Of a stretch of 7,289 nucleotides of DNA, positions 1-6,400 are shown piece by piece. Numbering within the stretch: position 1 is the first letter of the stretch; every line of letters starts with the position of its first letter. The notes beneath the pieces are model-generated. The model was not told the origin of the DNA and did not search any database. It saw nothing but the letters and a program-made list of their open reading frames with translations. The position numbers and the translations under genes are program-made. This DNA is from Leidyana gryllorum EB-2025a (lineage: Eukaryota > Protista > Apicomplexa): positions 1-7,289 of the forward strand of contig JBLWGC010000179.1 of NCBI GenBank assembly GCA_048772705.1. Direction: 5' to 3'.

Positions 1-23
1 GCTAGCCTTGCCGCTGTGCCATC

Positions 24-43
24 ATACTAAATTTATCTCGGAC
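24..43 (-). pseudogene. Possible remnant of the 5' end of tRNA-Asp
   Basis: ATACTAA...TATCTCGGAC matches 7024-7049 (tRNA-Asp 5' end on the minus strand) with the D-loop deleted. The spacer that follows (aacccgaaaagtcttcc) resembles 7071-7088. Confidence 0.35.
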
Positions 44-52
44 CCGGACGTG

Positions 53-214
53 AACCCGAAAAGTCTTCCTTCTCGAGACTTCACGGACAGAAAACGTGTA
101 AAGTGGCGAGCCAAGAACACTCCGGCAAGATGGCCGAGTGGTCCAAGGCGCTGTGTTAAGGCCGCAAGTCCGAAAGGGCGTGGGTTCGGATCCTGCTCTT
201 GTCAGCCGTTGTAT
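53..214. repeat. Leu unit (spacer plus tRNA), inverted copy at 1475-1636
   Basis: AAGTCTTCCTTCTCGAGA..GCCAAGAAC and the 3' flank GCCGTTGTAT are nearly identical to the reverse complement of 1475-1636. Confidence 0.92.
124..204 (+). tRNA. tRNA-Leu: tRNA-Leu(AAG), degenerate (probable pseudogene)
   Basis: Acceptor GGCAAGA/TCTTGTC, A box TGGCCGAGTGG, loop TT-AAG-GC, long variable arm. Extra A in the anticodon stem, and T arm altered (GTGGG TTCGGAT CCTGC) relative to the paralog at 1485-1564. Confidence 0.85.
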
Positions 215-264
215 CGGCACTCGGTCAGCCACTAGATGCAATGGGTCTTCCATGTAGTGCGGAT

Positions 265-295
265 GGGCGGCTAGCTCTACGGGTGCACGCACCGT
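265..295 (+). pseudogene. 5' remnant of tRNA-Ala
   Basis: GGAT-GGGCGGCTAGCTC matches the upstream flank and 5' end of tRNA-Ala at 5740-5756. The remainder is unrecognisable. Confidence 0.4.
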
Positions 296-415
296 ATGTA
301 AATACTCGAAGTTACGAACTTTGAAGGGCCCAGGACCACATATCACGCAGCGTGCTTGTCATGGGCGAGAGCCGTATACGTAGCCACTGTCTGCGGCATA
401 CCGAGTTCGACAGTT

Positions 416-497
416 GGCAACTTGCCCGAGTGGTGAAGGGGGTAGACTCGAAATCTACTGGGCCAAGCCCGCGCTGGTTCAAATCCAGCAGTTGTCG
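416..497 (+). tRNA. tRNA-Ser: tRNA-Ser(CGA), apparently intact
   Basis: Acceptor GGCAACT/AGTTGTC, anticodon arm GTAGA CT-CGA-AA TCTAC, variable arm GGGC..GCCC, T arm GCTGG TTCAAAT CCAGC, discriminator G. Confidence 0.95.
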
Positions 498-569
498 TGC
501 GATGTGATTGGAGGGTCAAACACCAATTCAGGTGGAAAGTTGGCCCAATCAACCATGTGCCATCTCCTC

Positions 570-640
570 TGCATCTGCCGGGAAGCGAACCTGGGTCGTC
601 TCGGTGGCAACGACACATTCTACCACAAGACCACAGATGC
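570..640 (-). tRNA. tRNA-Gly: tRNA-Gly(GCC), degenerate
   Basis: Acceptor GCATCTG/CAGATGC, loop TT-GCC-AC. G28.G42 and A51.C63 mismatches, T loop TTCGCTT. Confidence 0.85.
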
Positions 641-736
641 ACAACTCGTTGTTGTTTAAGCTCGTGCACAGTACCGGCCGTTTTGCTTCAGAAGAGAAGA
701 CAGAATCGAGTTGAGCGAGTATGACGGGTAGTTTGT

Positions 737-808
737 GGGTACGTAGCTCAGTGGTAGAGCAGCTGACTGCAGATCTGCAAGTCCGTGGTTGAACTCCGGG
801 CGTGCCCT
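737..808 (+). tRNA. tRNA-Cys: tRNA-Cys(GCA), degenerate
   Basis: Acceptor GGGTACG/CGTGCCC, D arm TAGCTCAGTGGTAGAGC, loop CT-GCA-GA. Mismatch in the anticodon stem, T loop TTGAACT. Confidence 0.88.
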
Positions 809-876
809 GAAGATGGTTTGGAACGATCGGAGATGTTGGACCACAAGGCAATGAGTCTGGAGGGGGGATGATTTTG

Positions 877-1153
877 TGTGAGAATTGGGCTCCGTCATCT
901 GCTGGGATTTCTTCAACTCTGTCTGACTGCGTAACTCCATAGTATGTTATCGCACTCGTCGATGGGTTGAGTCACTAGCCACTAAACCACTTAGTAGAAT
1001 GTCTGTTGTATTCGAGCATTTGCCCCAATAATTCACGTAAAATATACCACGCCACATATACACATAAATCTATACTGTCTAAGCTGGATTGTGTCTGAGC
1101 TCTAATTATCTCTGTGCACATATTTAGCCGATTATCGATGTGCACAGGTTACA
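877..1153 (-). mobile_element. Solo LTR (277 bp) of the Ty3/Gypsy chromovirus, with 5-bp TSD TTTTG (872-876 and 1154-1158)
   Basis: Minus-strand termini TGTAAC...CTCACA. Identical to 2497-2774 except one A in a homopolymer. Flanked by a TTTTG duplication. The empty paralogous site reads gatggttttgggcctatgg (6392-6410). Confidence 0.95.
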
Positions 1154-1157
1154 TTTT

Positions 1158-1207
1158 GGGCCTATGGCGGAACATAGCGCGTCTGACTCCTGCTTAGAAA
1201 ATTGGGT
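1158..1207 (+). pseudogene. tRNA-Trp pseudogene, 3'-deleted
   Basis: GGGCCTATGGCG..TAGCGCGTCTGACTCC aligns to the intact Trp at 6401-6472. Anticodon region mutated. T arm and 3' acceptor strand deleted; sequence resumes at the equivalent of ~6562. Confidence 0.85.
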
Positions 1208-1357
1208 GCTGTCCGCCAGTGTCTAAATGGCTCTGATGTTTGATTCCAGCTCTGGGGGATCCAGCATCCGCGTCGGTGCCATCTGTCGTTGGTATGGCGG
1301 ACGGTGGCGCGCAGAAATCGCCCGAGCGTCTCGGGGTGCTGCAACTCTTTCGCAATT

Positions 1358-1428
1358 GCACTTGTGGTCTAAGGGTAAGATGCGACCCTTCCAAGGTCGT
1401 AACCCGGGTTCGAGTCCCGGCAGGTGCA
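1358..1428 (+). tRNA. tRNA-Gly: tRNA-Gly(TCC), apparently intact
   Basis: Acceptor GCACTTG/CAGGTGC, anticodon arm CGACC CT-TCC-AA GGTCG, T arm CCGGG TTCGAGT CCCGG. Confidence 0.95.
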
Positions 1429-1484
1429 GCCGTATGTAGCTATCAGTGAAGAGAGGGGACTACCTACCAATACAATACAACGGC

Positions 1485-1564
1485 TGACAAGAGTGGGATT
1501 CGAACCCACGCCCTTTCGGACTACGGCCTGAACACAGCGCCTTAGACCACTCGGCCATCTTGCC
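1485..1564 (-). tRNA. tRNA-Leu: tRNA-Leu(CAG), apparently intact
   Basis: Acceptor GGCAAGA/TCTTGTC, anticodon arm CTGTG TT-CAG-GC CGTAG, variable arm TCCGAAAGGG, T arm GTGGG TTCGAAT CCCAC. Confidence 0.95.
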
Positions 1565-1676
1565 GGAGCGTTCTTGGCTCGCCACTTTACACGTTTTCTG
1601 TCCGTGAAGTTCTCGAGAAGGAAGACTTCTGGGGTTGAAGACGCGGAAGACGCGGCTTCGATGTCGTGTCTAAACT

Positions 1677-1724
1677 GACCTCTCGCCTGCCAAGTCACCG
1701 CTCTACCACTTGAGATAGCCGCCC
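1677..1724 (-). pseudogene. tRNA-Ala pseudogene (5' two-thirds)
   Basis: Minus strand GGGCGGCTATCTCAAGTGGTAGAGCG GTGAC TT-GGC-AG GCGAG AGGT aligns to tRNA-Ala 5744-5817. T arm not recognisable. Confidence 0.7.
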
Positions 1725-1810
1725 ACCCGCCAATGCTAGGTGAACTTCCAATCTGAGACCGACTCACAGTTCTCTGGCGCCTCATTCGTCAGTGCAACTG
1801 TTGTGACTCG

Positions 1811-1883
1811 TCCACTGTAGTCTAGGTGGCTAGGATATGCGGCTCTCACCCGCACGATCCGGGTTCAAGTCCCGGCAGTGGAA
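1811..1883 (+). tRNA. tRNA-Glu: tRNA-Glu(CTC), apparently intact
   Basis: Acceptor TCCACTG/CAGTGGA, anticodon arm TGCGG CT-CTC-AC CCGCA, T arm CCGGG TTCAAGT CCCGG. Confidence 0.95.
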
Positions 1884-1959
1884 GTCATTAGAGTACTCGA
1901 TCAAAGTGCTCTGATAACTTGTGTCAATAGAGACTGATGCGTGACTCCCGGCTTGCATT

Positions 1960-2031
1960 GCCTTCTTAGCTTAGGGGCAGAGCATTCGCTTAGTAAGCGA
2001 AGGGTCGCCGGTTCAACTCCGGCAGAAGGCT
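1960..2031 (+). tRNA. tRNA-Thr: tRNA-Thr(AGT)
   Basis: Acceptor GCCTTCT/AGAAGGC, anticodon arm TTCGC TT-AGT-AA GCGAA, T arm GCCGG TTCAACT CCGGC. Confidence 0.93.
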
Positions 2032-2148
2032 TTGCTCACAAGCTTAAGCTTTTCGGGCTGGTCTCTCGGTCTCGATAACGACCTGAGGGGGTTGCAAAAT
2101 TCTCAGGCCTTTTCTGCCCCCATTCGTCAGTGCACCTTTGGTGACGTG

Positions 2149-2221
2149 TCCACTATGGTCTCGGTGGCTAGTATATGCGGCGCCAACCCGCACCATCCCG
2201 GTTCGAGTCGCGGCAGCGCAA
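2149..2221 (+). pseudogene. tRNA-Glu-derived pseudogene (loop now CG-CCA-AC)
   Basis: Aligns along its length to 1811-1883 and shares the upstream spacer CATTCGTCAGTGCA..TGAC. Acceptor and T stems broken. Confidence 0.85.
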
Positions 2222-2282
2222 ATGCAGCTGGGTGTGCTTGTAGGCAACATACTGCATTCTTACTCCCCGGCCCACTCGTCCG

Positions 2283-2355
2283 CACCGCCCACGGGACTTC
2301 ACTCTGCGACTGCAAGATTAAGAGGCTCGCGCTCCACCGACTGAGCTAGGACGAC
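2283..2355 (-). pseudogene. tRNA-Lys: tRNA-Lys(CTT) pseudogene
   Basis: Minus strand GTCGTCC TAGCTCAGTCGGTGGAGCG CGAGC CT-CTT-AA TCTTG ... GGGCGGTG. T loop destroyed. Confidence 0.8.
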
Positions 2356-2374
2356 AAGGAAACTCTGAACTAAG

Positions 2375-2420
2375 TGACACTCTATATGCCTCAGGGTGGA
2401 GTCATGCAAGTCATTGGGCA
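2375..2420. repeat. Spacer, inverted copy at 7241-7285
   Basis: GACACTCTATATGCCTCAGGGTGGAGTCATGCAAGTCATTGGGCA equals the reverse complement of 7241-7285 with one mismatch. Confidence 0.92.
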
Positions 2421-2435
2421 GGTCGACCGGAGTCC

Positions 2436-2489
2436 TTAGTATTTTCGCGCGTCACGCGGAAGACCTGGGTTCGACTGCCGGTCTTACAG
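2436..2489 (+). pseudogene. tRNA-Asp(GTC) pseudogene lacking its 5' end
   Basis: TTAGTATTTTCGCGC-GTC-ACGCGGAAGACCTGGGTTCGACTGCCGGTCT aligns to the reverse complement of 6977-7030. The 3' flank GCACAG is shared. Confidence 0.75.
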
Positions 2490-2496
2490 CACAGCT

Positions 2497-2774
2497 TGTG
2501 AGAATTGGGCTCCGTCATCTGCTGGGATTTCTTCAACTCTGTCTGACTGCGTAACTCCATAGTATGTTATCGCACTCGTCGATGGGTTGAGTCACTAGCC
2601 ACTAAAACCACTTAGTAGAATGTCTGTTGTATTCGAGCATTTGCCCCAATAATTCACGTAAAATATACCACGCCACATATACACATAAATCTATACTGTC
2701 TAAGCTGGATTGTGTCTGAGCTCTAATTATCTCTGTGCACATATTTAGCCGATTATCGATGTGCACAGGTTACA
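2497..2774 (-). repeat. 3' LTR (278 bp)
   Basis: TG...CA termini, directly after the PPT on the minus strand, direct repeat of 877-1153. Confidence 0.95.
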
Positions 2775-5740
2775 ACCCCTCCGGGGGTATCGTCTCCTTC
2801 TTTGGCCGTTCGTCGGTTGTAGCGGGTATTTCTGTCGTATCCTGATTGAAAGGCTTTTATCAGGTCGGCACCATCCGCGTTCAACACTGTTTGCTCATCT
2901 TCCCAAGTCACTTCGTCCTCTCCTAGCCAGGTCACCAGGTAGCGAGTTCCCAGTTCTCCGGTTTCCTGGCCAATGATACTTCTCATGATAGGTAGTAGCT
3001 GGGGTTCTGTTCGTAGATTGTCGCTGTCGTCCTGGTGAAAAGGTTTTAGTCGTGATACATGGAAAATGTTGTAGATAGGCCAGCTAGATGGTAATTCCAG
3101 TTCGTACGTGTCATTGAGGCCGACTTCTTTGATCCTGAACGGTCCTACAAAAGGTCGCACCAGCTTGTTTTTGCGAATATGTCGCAGATTCTTGGTTTTG
3201 AGAAGAACCCAGTCATTTGTATTGAAAACTATATCCTGCCTATGTTGGTCTACCTGGCACTTTTGTTTCTCCGTGGCCTCCTGCAATCGATCGTGAGCCT
3301 CTTGTACCTTCTGTAGATAGGTCTTGATTCCCTTGATATTTGTCGGAGCGAAGTCTTGCATTAGCCAATGCAGGGGACTGTGTTGGTTTCGACCGGTATC
3401 TATTTCCATGGGTGTTGCTCTAGTCGATGTCTGAGGGGCTGTGTTATATGCAACTTCCACTGCTGTTAGATAATTCAACCACTGGTCATTAACACCGTCC
3501 ATCGTCGTTCGTAGGATTTGTAGGATCGATCGGTTGGCGCGTTCCGTGAGCCCGTTGGATTGTGGTCGGTATGTCGTTGTCATAGCTAAATTGGTTCCTA
3601 GACCTTCCATAATTTGTTGCCACATCTCGGAGATAAACCTGGGGTCTCTATCTGATATTATCTTCTCTGGGATGCCGTGTATTTTGACTATGTTGTCGAT
3701 GAATAGTCTTGCGGCTTCTGCGGCTGTGATGTTCTTGGTACATGGGGTAAGTCTAATGCGCCTGCTTGCTCGGTCCACAACAACCATGATGTAGTTCAGT
3801 CCTGAAGCAGAGTCCGTCGGCATTTCTAAGAAATCTATTCCAATGTGCTGCCATGGGAATAAGGGGTTCTCTATTGGGTGCAACAGGCCTGCTTGTTTCT
3901 GGGTCGTGTGTTTCGCTAGTTGGCATTCTCGACAATTCTTGCAGAAGTGGGCTACGTCTGCTGCAATCCCGCGCCAGTTGAAACTCGACCGTAGTCGTCC
4001 CAGCGTCTTCTCAGGGCCAAAGTGTCCTGCTAATCTTGAGCTGTGGTGTTCCTTTATCAAATCCATGATGATGTCGGGGTCTGGTGGTACAATAACGCAG
4101 CCATCCTCATCGATTGGTATTCCGCGGATCCATTGTTTCGTCTGCATCTGCGTGGCAAGGTCCTCTTTCCCTGTCCAGCTAGTCCTCAGTCGTTCCTCCA
4201 GTGGTTGGTGGGTTCCATGAATCGCCCAGCATTCTTGTTCTTGAGTTTGCCCCTTGGGTGGTCTGCTTAGTAGGTCGGCTATGATATTGTTGCTCCCTGG
4301 TAAGTATCGGATGTGAAGGTCGAACTCGGCCATAGTAATGAGCCACCTTGCTTGCCTGTCGGTGATGTGGTTCTGGCTCATCAGGTAGGTTAGGGGTTTA
4401 TGGTCTGTGTTAATGACAACTTTCCGTCCTAGTAGTAGATGTCGCCAATGCTTGAGGCTCTTCACAATAGCCAACAGTTCCCGTTCATGCGTCGGGTATC
4501 TTGATTCGGGTCCTGACAGTGTCTGAGAATAGAACTCGATTGGTCTTGGTCCGGTGGGCTCTTTCTCTTCCAATACCGCTCCGATTGCGTGGATGGATGC
4601 GTCCGTTGTCAGGTGTAGTTCGCTTGCGTCCGGGTTGGGGTACCACAGTTCAGGTGAGTCAACTAGCTCTGCTTTAAGTTGGTTCCATGCATGTGTGATT
4701 TCATCTGTTTTTGTGATGGCATCGGCTGGGCGTTTCAATCCTTTGGTGGCTTGGTATAGTGGGTGTGCTACGCTTGCGAAGTTCGGGATGAAGCGTCTAT
4801 AGAAGTTGAATAGTCCTAGGCCTCGCTGCATTCCGCGCAGAGTAGTGGGTACCGGCAGTGTTTTGAGAACTTCAACTTTATCCTGTAGCGGTGTTATTCC
4901 TGTGGCCGACACGTGGTGTCCGATATACTGGATTTCTGACTGGTAGAAGTGAGATTTGCGTTTGTGCGCAATCAATTGGTGCTTGTCTAGTCGGTCCAGT
5001 ACCACTCTGAGATGCTCGGTATGCTCTTCTTCTGACTGAGAATAAATGAGGATGTCATCCAAGTATACGAAGGCGAACACTCCTATGATGCCCTCCAGAA
5101 CCTTCTGCATCAGTGCCATGAATGTTGATGGTGCGTTGCACAGACCATTTGGCATGGCTACCCATTCGTAGATTCCCCATGGTGTTGCGAACGCTGTTAG
5201 GTGTCGACTGTCCGGTTCTACTTGAATCTGGTAGTATCCTGATTTCAGGTCGATGAGCGAGAACACAGTGGCTCCTCGGAGTCCAGATAGGCCATCCTCC
5301 ATCCTGGGTATGTTGGGCGCAAGTCGCCGAGTGGCAGCATTCAGACTTCGATAATCACATACTAATCGTGGGATGTTAGTATCCTTCTTGGGTACGAACA
5401 TGCATGGTGCTGCCCATTCTGATTGGCTCGGAACGATCAGTCCTTCGTCGAGTAATTCACCGATTTGGCCCCTCATTTCGTTAAGCCACTTCTGTGGTAT
5501 CCGGTACGGTGTTTTAGCCACGGGTGTTTGGTTGGGGTTGATAAGCTGAATCCTGTGATTGTGGTTCTTCCTGTTTGGTGGGGGTGGGAGTTTATCCGCG
5601 AAGATGTGACTGTACTCTCTGATTATCCATTGAGCGTTCTGGGATAGATTCATTTCTGAATTGATGGGGGGTGGGATATCGGCTATGTCTGGGTGTCTTT
5701 TGTCCGTCGTAGTTGCCATCCATGTCCATAGTTGTGGATG
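2753..5740 (-). CDS. pol: Gypsy Pol polyprotein, N-terminally truncated: reverse transcriptase, RNase H, integrase, chromodomain
   Basis: RT motifs WAAPCMFVPKK, RLVCDYR, DLKSGYYQI, MPNGLCNAP and YLDD (5054-5065). RNase H motifs TDAS, ERELLAIV, TDHKPL, ADLLSR. Integrase HHCC (HSSRLAGH..CREC), D-D-E (GIDF, SDRD, LTER) and GPF motif. Chromodomain-like RYLVTWLGEDEVTWE. No stops or frameshifts. The called ORF extends to 5893 but its first ~50 aa are antisense tRNA/spacer; the first ATG inside the element is 5719. Confidence 0.95.
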   Translation of the reverse strand, partial: HPQLWTWMATTTDKRHPDIADIPPPINSEMNLSQNAQWIIREYSHIFADKLPPPPNRKNHNHRIQLINPNQTPVAKTPYRIPQKWLNEMRGQIGELLDEGLIVPSQSEWAAPCMFVPKKDTNIPRLVCDYRSLNAATRRLAPNIPRMEDGLSGLRGATVFSLIDLKSGYYQIQVEPDSRHLTAFATPWGIYEWVAMPNGLCNAPSTFMALMQKVLEGIIGVFAFVYLDDILIYSQSEEEHTEHLRVVLDRLDKHQLIAHKRKSHFYQSEIQYIGHHVSATGITPLQDKVEVLKTLPVPTTLRGMQRGLGLFNFYRRFIPNFASVAHPLYQATKGLKRPADAITKTDEITHAWNQLKAELVDSPELWYPNPDASELHLTTDASIHAIGAVLEEKEPTGPRPIEFYSQTLSGPESRYPTHERELLAIVKSLKHWRHLLLGRKVVINTDHKPLTYLMSQNHITDRQARWLITMAEFDLHIRYLPGSNNIIADLLSRPPKGQTQEQECWAIHGTHQPLEERLRTSWTGKEDLATQMQTKQWIRGIPIDEDGCVIVPPDPDIIMDLIKEHHSSRLAGHFGPEKTLGRLRSSFNWRGIAADVAHFCKNCRECQLAKHTTQKQAGLLHPIENPLFPWQHIGIDFLEMPTDSASGLNYIMVVVDRASRRIRLTPCTKNITAAEAARLFIDNIVKIHGIPEKIISDRDPRFISEMWQQIMEGLGTNLAMTTTYRPQSNGLTERANRSILQILRTTMDGVNDQWLNYLTAVEVAYNTAPQTSTRATPMEIDTGRNQHSPLHWLMQDFAPTNIKGIKTYLQKVQEAHDRLQEATEKQKCQVDQHRQDIVFNTNDWVLLKTKNLRHIRKNKLVRPFVGPFRIKEVGLNDTYELELPSSWPIYNIFHVSRLKPFHQDDSDNLRTEPQLLPIMRSIIGQETGELGTRYLVTWLGEDEVTWEDEQTVLNADGADLIKAFQSGYDRNTRYNRRTAKEGDDTPGGVVTCAHR
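2776..2782 (-). other. Polypurine tract (GGAGGGG, 1 nt from the LTR; further purine run AAAGAAGGAGA at 2793-2803)
   Basis: Purine run immediately 5' of TGTAAC on the coding strand, as expected for the plus-strand primer. Confidence 0.75.
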
Positions 5741-5743
5741 GAT

Positions 5744-5817
5744 GGGCGGGCTAGCTGAGATGGTAGAGCGCTCGCTTTGCATGCGAGAGGTACTAGGATC
5801 CATACCCAGGTCGTCCA
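5744..5817 (+). tRNA. tRNA-Ala: tRNA-Ala(TGC), degenerate
   Basis: Acceptor GGGCGG(G)C/GTCGTCC, anticodon arm CTCGC TT-TGC-AT GCGAG, eukaryotic Ala-type T loop ATC(C)ATA. One-base insertion in the acceptor stem and D- and T-stem mismatches. Confidence 0.88.
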
Positions 5818-5887
5818 AGCTCAGTAGGGCGACCTGCCGGTAGTTAAATACAGAGACCTCTAACAGAGCGTCGCATATCGCAGCTCC

Positions 5888-5960
5888 CGGCACCGCTAGG
5901 CTTCGAAACTGCGACTTTGTGGTAAACAGCTACACGCTTTGCCGACTGAGCTACAAGACC
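5888..5960 (-). pseudogene. tRNA-Asn: tRNA-Asn(GTT), degenerate
   Basis: Minus strand GGTCTTG TAGCTCAGTCGGCAAAGCG TGTAG CT-GTT-TA CCACA AAGTC GCAGT TTCGAAG CCTAGC GGTGCCG. Several stem mismatches. Confidence 0.78.
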
Positions 5961-5970
5961 CAGTTGCAAT

Positions 5971-6014
5971 GTTCTTCCAAGCGAGGAAAAATCATACCTG
6001 CAGACCAAACAGCC
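5971..6014 (-). pseudogene. tRNA-Pro 5' fragment
   Basis: Minus strand GGCTGTTTGGTCTGCAGGTATGATTTTTCC..GGAAGAA aligns to 7183-7226. Confidence 0.7.
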
Positions 6015-6080
6015 CCCTGATCGGGCCGAAGCTTGTCAGCGTCTCTGTCAATCTGCCACGGCTGTTTGAGGCGTGCCTCC

Positions 6081-6151
6081 TGCGTCTGCCGGGAATCGAA
6101 CCTGGGTCGTCTCGGTGGCAACGACACATTCTACCACTAGACCACAGATGC
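6081..6151 (-). tRNA. tRNA-Gly: tRNA-Gly(GCC)
   Basis: GCATCTG TGGTCTAGTGGTAGAAT G TGTCG TT-GCC-AC CGAGA .. CCAGG TTCGATT CCCGG CAGACGCA. A and B boxes intact, with stem mismatches. Confidence 0.9.
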
Positions 6152-6247
6152 ATGACTCGTTGTTGTTCAAGCTCGTGCACAATAACGGCCGCTTTGCTTC
6201 AAATGAGAAGACAGAATCGAGTTGAGCCAGTATGACGGGTAGTTTGT

Positions 6248-6319
6248 GGGTACGTAGCTCAGTGGTAGAGCAGCTGACTGCAGATCAGCAAGTCCGTGGT
6301 CCAACTCCGCGCGTGCCCA
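6248..6319 (+). tRNA. tRNA-Cys: tRNA-Cys(GCA), T loop mutated
   Basis: Acceptor GGGTACG/CGTGCCC, anticodon arm GCTGA CT-GCA-GA TCAGC. T loop TCCAACT, discriminator A rather than U. Confidence 0.9.
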
Positions 6320-6400
6320 GAAGATGGTTTGGAACGATCGGAGATGTTGGACCTCCATTCCTGACCACAAGGCAATTAGTTTGGAATGGGAGATGGTTTT

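Larger units (their letters stand above)
2497..5740 (-). mobile_element. 5'-truncated Ty3/Gypsy (Metaviridae, chromovirus-type) LTR retrotransposon
   Basis: RT-RH-IN domain order with GPF motif and chromodomain, a PPT and a 3' LTR. No gag, protease, PBS or 5' LTR before tRNA sequence resumes at ~5740. Confidence 0.95.

Noticed and set aside
2-2349. Many 60-138 aa ORFs on both strands
   Set aside because: They overlap tRNA genes, spacers or LTR, have no recognisable domains, and are not frame-conserved between duplicated blocks.
877-2774. TRIM/LARD or Cassandra-like non-autonomous element carrying tRNAs
   Set aside because: No TGG-initiated PBS next to 2496 and no PPT next to 1154. The solo LTR has its own TSD, the second LTR is attached to pol, and sequence on both sides of the solo LTR is collinear with the empty block at 6077-6590.
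2761-5843. Plus-strand ORFs inside the element
   Set aside because: Antisense shadows of pol.
5881-5885. CAGCT as the right-hand TSD matching 2492-2496
   Set aside because: No LTR adjoins it, the expected continuation (ggtttccc...) is absent, and a 5-mer recurs by chance.
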